Positions 1-5,502 of a DNA stretch of 20,000 nt are shown piece by piece. Source of the stretch: an uncultured virus (IMG/VR IMGVR_UViG_3300005436_000011) (lineage: Duplodnaviria; Heunggongvirae; Uroviricota; Caudoviricetes); IMG/VR virus record IMGVR_UViG_3300005436_000011; one strand, given 5' to 3'. Position 1 is the stretch's first letter. Every line of letters begins with the position of its first letter. Below the pieces are notes generated by a model. That model saw nothing but the letters and a program-made list of their open reading frames with translations, had not been told where the DNA came from and did not search any database. The position numbers and the translations under genes were made by a program.

Positions 1-65
1 CGTGCCGTGGTGCGGACGGTGCCAGCGGGTCATCCAAAACGGGTGCTGCTGTGGGTGTGGCTGCC

Positions 66-117
66 GGCTCGCGAGCCCGGACTGGTTCGCGAGCCTCGAC
101 GCAGGTACTGTAACAGT
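66..117 (+). promoter_or_regulatory. Tandem palindromes/hairpin plus putative -10 box upstream of first ORF
   Basis: GGCTCGCGAGCC (66-77, perfect palindrome) and GGTTCGCGAGCC (84-95). TACTGT at 106-111 overlaps the palindrome ACTGT-A-ACAGT (107-117). Confidence 0.4.
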
Positions 118-143
118 TGATGAACTGAGCGAGGGGAGCGAGG

Positions 144-620
144 GTGGGAAGCGACGCGCACGGTGACCTCGTGTACGGGGTGCCGCTCGGCGGCAGCGAC
201 GAGGGTTGGCTCCTGACGGGGCCCAAGGATAAGTGGGGTGACGTCAGCCTCGAGCCGGAGCACCTCCCGTGGCTGACGCCGGAGCAGGCCGAAGGCTGGG
301 ACCACTTCAGCTACAGCGAGGTGCTCGAGCTCGGGCTCAGGCACCTCGACACGGTGATGTTCAGCCTCACCGATCAGCCGCTCAGCGCCGGCCTCGAGGT
401 GCACCAGCACGGCTACGAGCTCAGGTCGTTCGCGCTCGCGCTCAAGAAGCCGCAGTTCGGGGCCTCGTGGGGTGACGCGACCGACGTCGACTGGCTCGCG
501 CTGAGCGAGGTGGCCGGTGACACGCGGATCACGGTTCAGTTCCGCCGAGTTCTTCAGGAGCTCAACCTCGAGCCCGTGAACCCTCAGCCACGGTGGTTCC
601 TGACCGCCCACTACTTCTAG
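144..620 (+). CDS. Hypothetical protein (158 aa)
   Basis: GTG start after purine-rich RBS (GAGGGGAGCGAGG), GC-rich third codon positions. Confidence 0.8.
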   Translation: MGSDAHGDLVYGVPLGGSDEGWLLTGPKDKWGDVSLEPEHLPWLTPEQAEGWDHFSYSEVLELGLRHLDTVMFSLTDQPLSAGLEVHQHGYELRSFALALKKPQFGASWGDATDVDWLALSEVAGDTRITVQFRRVLQELNLEPVNPQPRWFLTAHYF

Positions 621-628
621 GGGTCAAC

Positions 629-1063
629 GTGCAGACCTTCCTGCCCGACCCCGACTTCGCGACGTCCGCCGGCGTCCTCGACCGGCAGCGCCTCGGCAAG
701 CAGCGCGTCGAGACGCTGCAGATCATGACGGCCCTGCTGACCGGCACGGGCTGGGTCAACCACCCCGCCACCAAGATGTGGCGCGGCCACGAGGTGAAGC
801 TGCTCCACTACCAGGCGGCGATCTGCGACGAGTGGGAGAACCGCGGCTACCAGGACACGTGCTGGGTCAAGACGCTCAGCCTGGCTTTCAAGCACGGCAT
901 CAAGCCCCTGCAGGTGACCGTCGACCCGTCGTGGCTCGGCGACGAGGCGTTCCACCTCAGCCACCGCTCCAACCTGTTTCGCAAGAACCCAGCACATTAC
1001 GGCGCGTTCTGGCCGGACGTCCCGGCCGACCTGCCGTACGTGTGGCCCGTGAGAGAGGACTGA
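629..1063 (+). CDS. MSMEG_6728-family protein (pyrimidine-dimer DNA glycosylase/endonuclease V-like)
   Basis: Characteristic motifs MQTFLP..DF..SA.VLDRQRLGKQRVETLQI, GWVNHPATKMWRGHE, EW..RGY.DTC, WLGDEAFHLSHRSNL.RK.P.HY, DLPYVWP. Start moved to GTG 629. Confidence 0.88.
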   Translation: MQTFLPDPDFATSAGVLDRQRLGKQRVETLQIMTALLTGTGWVNHPATKMWRGHEVKLLHYQAAICDEWENRGYQDTCWVKTLSLAFKHGIKPLQVTVDPSWLGDEAFHLSHRSNLFRKNPAHYGAFWPDVPADLPYVWPVRED

Positions 1064-1064
1064 G

Positions 1065-1331
1065 GTGCCTGGTCACCGACACCACGCCGTCCGCTACGGC
1101 GAGCTTCCCGAGTGGAACCGCCTCGCCAGCCGGGTGAAGACCGGCTACGAGATCCAGGTGGAGCCGCCCGACGGCGAGTGGCGTCGGGTCAGACGCAAGC
1201 AGCGTGACAGCGAGAACGGGGTCGTCCTCTTCACGTTCGAGGACGGCACCCAGCTCCGCGTCGCGGTCACGACCAAGATCAAGGCGCGGCGCACGCCGCT
1301 CCCCACCGAGGAAGGAACCGAGGAACAGTGA
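1065..1331 (+). CDS. Hypothetical protein, probable small beta-barrel (SH3-like)
   Basis: RBS GAGAGG upstream; stop overlaps next start (GTGA). Confidence 0.7.
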   Translation: MPGHRHHAVRYGELPEWNRLASRVKTGYEIQVEPPDGEWRRVRRKQRDSENGVVLFTFEDGTQLRVAVTTKIKARRTPLPTEEGTEEQ

Positions 1332-1930
1332 AGCTGACTCACCGGCAGAAGCTGCTGGGCACCCTGGCGGCCGTGGGCCTGCTGCCCATCGCCCTGATGG
1401 GTGACGCCTGCTCCAACAACTCCCAGAGCCAGGCCCAGCAGATCACCGAGCAGTACTCGCAGCACTCGCAGAGCGCGGTGCCTTACCCGCTGACGCAGAT
1501 GGACGCCGGCGGCTGGACGGAGCGCACCCTCCTGAAGGAGCACCTGCTCCGCCAGAACGACCCCAACGCGATCCACTACGTCTACTGGATCGTCCCGATG
1601 ACCGGCGCCCTGGTCGCGCAGTGGACCGTCAAGGGCATGGTCTTCTCGCCGAACAGCCAGCTGACCAACACGCAGTCCATCACGTGGTCGAGCAACGGCG
1701 GCAGCGGCGTCGTCGACGCGCCCGGCGACAACGGCACGTGGGGCCCCGAGCCGTTCTGCTACGACTTCTTCACCACGTCGGGCAACGAGATCCGGCTGCC
1801 CTGCAACGGCCTGTCGGCCGTCGAGTCCGACACGCCGATGACCTTCTCTACCCAGCCCGTGATCACCTACGACGCGAGCCAGAAGTCGCCGCTCGACAAG
1901 GGCGGCCTGTCCAAGATCGGAGGCAAGTGA
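1328..1930 (+). CDS. Putative lipoprotein/secreted protein
   Basis: Basic N-terminus, hydrophobic stretch and LMGDA-C28 (non-canonical lipobox) followed by an S/N/Q-rich linker. Globular part contains ER.LL, NDPN, S.NSQLT, P.DNGTWG, FFTT.G. Confidence 0.75.
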   Translation: MKLTHRQKLLGTLAAVGLLPIALMGDACSNNSQSQAQQITEQYSQHSQSAVPYPLTQMDAGGWTERTLLKEHLLRQNDPNAIHYVYWIVPMTGALVAQWTVKGMVFSPNSQLTNTQSITWSSNGGSGVVDAPGDNGTWGPEPFCYDFFTTSGNEIRLPCNGLSAVESDTPMTFSTQPVITYDASQKSPLDKGGLSKIGGK

Positions 1931-2406
1931 TGGACGACTTCGCGGACCGGCACCCCGTCGCCTACATCCTGACGGTGATCTTCTCCGTCATCCTCGTCCT
2001 GTTCGTGATCGCCGCGTTCATCATGGGGCTGAGGACCAACTTCAGCTATTGGTGGGGCCAGCAGCAGGCGACCCAGGACAAGAACTCCGCGGGGAACTTC
2101 GAGGCCGCCCAGCGGCAGTTCCTGCAGGACAAGAACGACGTCGACGGCTACGTGCAGAAGATCACCGCCGCGAGGCAGCAGCTCGCCGACTTCGACAAGG
2201 CCCACCCGAGCCTCGCGAGCGAGGACGGCCTCGCGGGCTTGACCGACGCGCAGCAGCGGCAGAGCCTGGCGACCAACCTGACCGGCCTGCAGCAGCAGTG
2301 CGTGAACGTGGTCAACGACTACAACACGAGCGCGAGGGCGTACCTGACCGCGGACTGGCGGGACGCGAACCTCCCGGAGCGGCTCGATCCCAACTCCTGC
2401 TCCTGA
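1930..2406 (+). CDS. Single-pass membrane protein with coiled coil
   Basis: TGATG coupling with upstream gene. N-terminal TM (ILTVIFSVILVLFVIAAFIMGL), helical Q-rich body, C-terminal YN..A....WRDANLPERLD. Confidence 0.8.
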   Translation: MDDFADRHPVAYILTVIFSVILVLFVIAAFIMGLRTNFSYWWGQQQATQDKNSAGNFEAAQRQFLQDKNDVDGYVQKITAARQQLADFDKAHPSLASEDGLAGLTDAQQRQSLATNLTGLQQQCVNVVNDYNTSARAYLTADWRDANLPERLDPNSCS

Positions 2407-2415
2407 GGCGGCGAC

Positions 2416-2613
2416 ATGAGCATCATCCGCTGGTGCACCAGAACGATCGCTCGACAGGCGGCGAGGATCCGCGAGGAGCGAGCCCACAACCGACACCTCG
2501 TTCAGACGAACGAGAGGTTGGTCAAGCAGAACGACACGCTGCGGCTGAGGTTGATCGACCTCGACGTCGATCCGGTCAAGGTTCTCGACGAGGAAACCGA
2601 CGGCGAGGGCTGA
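2416..2613 (+). CDS. Small coiled-coil hypothetical protein
   Basis: RBS GAGG, ATG, heptad pattern (LVQTNERLVKQNDTLRLRL), followed by a terminator hairpin. Confidence 0.65.
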   Translation: MSIIRWCTRTIARQAARIREERAHNRHLVQTNERLVKQNDTLRLRLIDLDVDPVKVLDEETDGEG

Positions 2614-2618
2614 GCTAG

Positions 2619-2654
2619 AGCGAGGGGCGGAACCGAGAGGTTCCGCCCCTCGCT
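2619..2654 (+). terminator. Intrinsic terminator-like hairpin
   Basis: Perfect 16-bp stem AGCGAGGGGCGGAACC / GGTTCCGCCCCTCGCT with GAGA tetraloop, just after stop at 2613. Confidence 0.85.
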
Positions 2655-2667
2655 GTCTGTCTGCAAC

Positions 2668-2682
2668 TTGATGTGGTATTGT
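2668..2682 (+). promoter_or_regulatory. Extended -10 promoter (TGG-TATTGT) for transfer-module gene 1
   Basis: TTGATGTGGTATTGT, near-identical to TTGATGTGATACAGT at 3881-3895. Confidence 0.55.
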
Positions 2683-2721
2683 AAACCCCAGTTGCCGTGG
2701 AACCAGGAAGGAAGTCGAACC

Positions 2722-3786
2722 GTGAGCGAGACCACGAGGCCGGCGGGGACGACGCCGTTCTACCTCGCCGCATTGGCCGGCATGGCCGTGTCCCTGAACA
2801 CCAGCTGGAACTTCTTCGGGGACGTGCTGGGCGTCACCGACGTCGACCGCTACACCATGTTCTTCGTGCTGGAGCTCGCCCAGGTCGCCTGCGCCTGGGG
2901 CATGCGCGCGTCGATCCGCCGGCACGTCGACGGCGACCACCGGCCGTCACCGGGCCCGGCGCGCTGGGTCGCCTGGGCCCTCTGCGCCGTCTCCGCCTAC
3001 ATGGCGTGGAGCCTCAGCGGCTTCTGGGTCGGCGTCGCCCGGGTGCTGATCGGCCCCCTGCTCAGCCTGATCATGCTTCACCTCGCGCTGGGCATCGAGA
3101 TCCGCGGCCTTCAGGTGGGCAACGACACCACCCTCGCCCGGGTCGGCCGGGAGCTGCGGGAGCGGCTCCTCTCCCTGCTCGGGCTCGGTGACGAGGAGCG
3201 GGACGCCAAGACGATGTCACGGCTCCGCGCGGAGCGCCGCGCCTTCAAGATCCGCATGACCGCGAGCGGCAAGCGTCGGCACCGGCGCCGCTTCGTGCAG
3301 CAGATCGCGCGGGCCGGCGTGGCGAACGACCCGGAGGCCCTCGAGCGCTTCAACACCGGGATGATGCTGGCCGCGAACGTGAACAAGCTGTGGGACCAGG
3401 AGCGGCCGCTGCCACCCGAGCTGACGGGTGCCACGGACGACGTGCCAGGTGTCATCGACGCCGAGGTCGTGCCAGATGCCACCACCGAGGTGGCACCAGA
3501 CAGTGACAGTGACAGTGACAGTGACAGTGACAGTGACAGTGACAGTGACAGTGACACCGAGGTGGCACCTGACACCAAGAGCGTGACACCCAAGGCGGTG
3601 CCGCTGACATCCCTCAGCGCCCGGACCCAGGCGGAGGTTGACACCATCCTCGACCTGATGAGCGAGAAGGGTCTGGACGCGGTCACGATCGAGTACATCA
3701 TGGAGCACGTTGGCCTGAAGTTCTCCACGGCGGCGCGGCGGCGGCGGGTCGCGGTGGCGCTCTTCGAGGCTCGACAGGTGTCGTGA
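2722..3786 (+). CDS. Spd/DUF2637-like multi-pass membrane protein with Asp-Ser linker and C-terminal putative HTH
   Basis: About 4 N-terminal TM segments (SLNTSWNFF, FFVLELAQVACA, RWVAWALCAVSA, GPLLSLIMLHLALGIE) resembling actinomycete plasmid/AICE spread proteins. Acidic DS linker, then HTH-like TIEYIMEHVGLKFSTAARRR. GTG start after GGAAGGAAG. Confidence 0.65.
   Translation: MSETTRPAGTTPFYLAALAGMAVSLNTSWNFFGDVLGVTDVDRYTMFFVLELAQVACAWGMRASIRRHVDGDHRPSPGPARWVAWALCAVSAYMAWSLSGFWVGVARVLIGPLLSLIMLHLALGIEIRGLQVGNDTTLARVGRELRERLLSLLGLGDEERDAKTMSRLRAERRAFKIRMTASGKRRHRRRFVQQIARAGVANDPEALERFNTGMMLAANVNKLWDQERPLPPELTGATDDVPGVIDAEVVPDATTEVAPDSDSDSDSDSDSDSDSDSDTEVAPDTKSVTPKAVPLTSLSARTQAEVDTILDLMSEKGLDAVTIEYIMEHVGLKFSTAARRRRVAVALFEARQVS
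3499..3556 (+). repeat. (GACAGT)9 hexamer tandem repeat encoding (Asp-Ser)9
   Basis: Nine perfect units plus GACA, flanked by the direct repeat CACCGAGGTGGCACC[A/T]GACA (3483-3502, 3555-3574). Confidence 0.95.
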
Positions 3787-3880
3787 CACCCGACACCTGA
3801 CCTGCCACTGCCACCGGTGCCACGTGCCGGTGGCAGTGGCACGTCTGGCACGCGACCCACGTCACGTCCTCATTCATCAG

Positions 3881-3895
3881 TTGATGTGATACAGT
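3881..3895 (+). promoter_or_regulatory. Extended -10 promoter (TGA-TACAGT) for transfer-module gene 2
   Basis: TTGATGTGATACAGT, overlapping near-palindrome CATCAGTTGATG. RBS GAGGAGG follows at 3905-3911. Confidence 0.55.
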
Positions 3896-3913
3896 GATAC
3901 CACCGAGGAGGTG

Positions 3914-5425
3914 ATGACGGTGAGCGAGAGGCTCGAGAGCGACGAGGAGCAGGTGTTCGCGTCGGCGGCACCGGTGCCTGAGGAAGGCCTGGTGAGCGGG
4001 TCGGAGACGCCGGAGAAGGAGACCGACCAGGCCTCCAAGGAGGAGGCCCCCAAGGTCCCGACCGGGGGCAAGGCCCGCCAGGCCGCGGGGCGACCGACGT
4101 GGCACCTGTCCCTGACCCTGGGCCTGGTGATCGCCCTAGCCGGCGGGGTGCTCCTGTGGATGCAGTCGCCGGCGCTGGCGCTGCTCGTTGGCGGCGCCCT
4201 GGTCGTGCTGGTGGGGCTCGCCCTCGCCCTGTGGCACCTCTTCGGGTCCGATGCCACCGGCCGTCGAGCTGCCAACCGCCGTGCCAACGACGTGGCAGCC
4301 CGTGCCACCGGGAACCGTGGCAGTGACACCTCACGGCGGCAGGCAGCTGGCAGTGACACCCGCCGAGGTGCCACCTCGCGTGACACCGGTGGCACCTCAC
4401 GTGCCACCCGTGCCAACCGCCGTGGCACGCGAGACGGTGACACCGATCCGCGAGGTGCCACTCGCCGCCGGCGACGTGGCACCGATGACACCCGTGACCC
4501 GGCACCGCGTGGCAGGCGACGGGATCGTGCCACCGAGCCCCGTGGCACGGGTGGCACGCCGCGTGACCGAGGCGGTCAGCCACGGCAGCCGCGTGCCACG
4601 CCGCCCGGCGGCGGGCGACCGCAGCAGCCGCGCGGCGTCAAGGACCCGACCGGTGGCCGGCAGCCGGCACCGAACGCGGAGCGAAACCCGTACCGCAACC
4701 GAAACCGCAACCCGTACTGGAACCGCGACCGTGACCGACCCGGCTTCTGGCGTGAGCGCACCTGCGTCAATGGCGGCCGCCCACCGATCACCAAGGTGCC
4801 GAAGGCTGAGGACGCCGCGGCCGACGAGGGAAAGAGGCCGGTGAGGTTGAAGCCACTTCGCTGGCGAAGCCGTCGAGGGAAGCTGCCGGTCCCGCAGGAG
4901 CCGAGGCCGGCTCGAGCCAAGGTGACCAAGCCGCCGCGGGAGCCGAGGCGTCCCAACGAGACCAGCGTGGAGTGGCCGAACGTGGATCAGGACCACTACG
5001 AGCCGGTGATCGCGAGCAAGCTGCCGCGCATCACCCACGCGAGGCGAGCGGTCAAGCTGCCGCCCATCTACCACCGCAAGGGTGAGCCCCAGTGGCCCAC
5101 CGACGACGAGGACCAGCGGGGACCCACCGTCCCCCCGCAGCGAGACAGGAGAGGCACCGTGGTAACCCCTGATCAGATGACCCGGGCCGACTGGGAGGCC
5201 CACTGCAGCCGGGCGGCCAACCTGGCTACCAAGGCGGCTCAGGCGAAGGACGAGCTGGCCACGAGGGCCCTCCAGGAGGCTCAGCTCCTGGACGGCATGG
5301 ATGACCCGGAGATGCGGGAGGCGCAGGCCAACCACCTCCACGCGGCCTCCCGGGCGGCCCTCGACGGCGAGGTTCGCCGTCACAAGGCCGCGATCTGGAG
5401 CTCCCTGGGCCAGAATCCCGTGTAG
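3914..5425 (+). CDS. TraA-like membrane protein: 2 TM helices, Arg/Gly/Pro-rich linker, C-terminal helical domain
   Basis: RBS GAGGAGG; start could be 3911, 3914 or 3920. Two hydrophobic helices, a long low-complexity basic region and an Ala-rich amphipathic C-terminus. Lies directly upstream of the traB-like gene. Confidence 0.6.
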   Translation: MTVSERLESDEEQVFASAAPVPEEGLVSGSETPEKETDQASKEEAPKVPTGGKARQAAGRPTWHLSLTLGLVIALAGGVLLWMQSPALALLVGGALVVLVGLALALWHLFGSDATGRRAANRRANDVAARATGNRGSDTSRRQAAGSDTRRGATSRDTGGTSRATRANRRGTRDGDTDPRGATRRRRRGTDDTRDPAPRGRRRDRATEPRGTGGTPRDRGGQPRQPRATPPGGGRPQQPRGVKDPTGGRQPAPNAERNPYRNRNRNPYWNRDRDRPGFWRERTCVNGGRPPITKVPKAEDAAADEGKRPVRLKPLRWRSRRGKLPVPQEPRPARAKVTKPPREPRRPNETSVEWPNVDQDHYEPVIASKLPRITHARRAVKLPPIYHRKGEPQWPTDDEDQRGPTVPPQRDRRGTVVTPDQMTRADWEAHCSRAANLATKAAQAKDELATRALQEAQLLDGMDDPEMREAQANHLHAASRAALDGEVRRHKAAIWSSLGQNPV

Positions 5426-5434
5426 GATTGAGGC

Positions 5435-5483
5435 GAGCGGCATCTCGACCCCCGACCGGAATGGTCGGGGGTCGAGGTCGCTC
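5435..5483 (+). terminator. Strong hairpin (terminator/attenuator) upstream of traB
   Basis: Perfect 14-bp stem CTCGACCCCCGACC / GGTCGGGGGTCGAG (5444-5476), extendable by GAGCGGC/GTCGCTC. No U-tract. Confidence 0.65.
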
Positions 5484-5502
5484 TACGGAAAGAGGAAAAA
5501 AG

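Larger units (their letters stand above)
3409..4600. repeat. Dense array of TGNCA / GTGNCAC quasi-palindromes spanning two CDSs and their intergenic region
   Basis: About 50 copies by manual count (GTGCCAC, GTGGCAC, GTGACAC and variants) in ~1.2 kb, versus roughly 3 expected by chance at ~70% GC. Confidence 0.9.

Noticed and set aside
1328..2406. Lipoprotein + TM coiled-coil pair as Rz/Rz1 spanins
   Set aside because: Gene order and sizes do not fit, no endolysin or holin is adjacent, and the host appears to be an actinomycete.
3499..3556. Ser-Asp repeat as a staphylococcal Sdr/Clf-type adhesin stalk
   Set aside because: Only nine perfect units with no codon degeneracy, no LPXTG, and located in a small multi-TM protein. 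A DNA-level repeat explains it better.
3870..4583. Minus-strand Cys/His/Trp-rich ORF (CH/WH repeats) as a metal-binding protein
   Set aside because: The CH/WH pattern is simply the translation of the TGCCAC/TGGCAC DNA motif.
3409..4600. Repeat-rich region as a CRISPR array
   Set aside because: Repeats are 5-7 bp, irregularly spaced and inside ORFs. There are no 23-47 bp repeats with unique spacers and no cas genes.
5428..5502. Longer N-termini from the ORF track (5428, also 593, 1621, 2668, 10983, 14028)
   Set aside because: They run through hairpins, promoters or upstream genes. Downstream starts have RBSs or match the family N-terminus.
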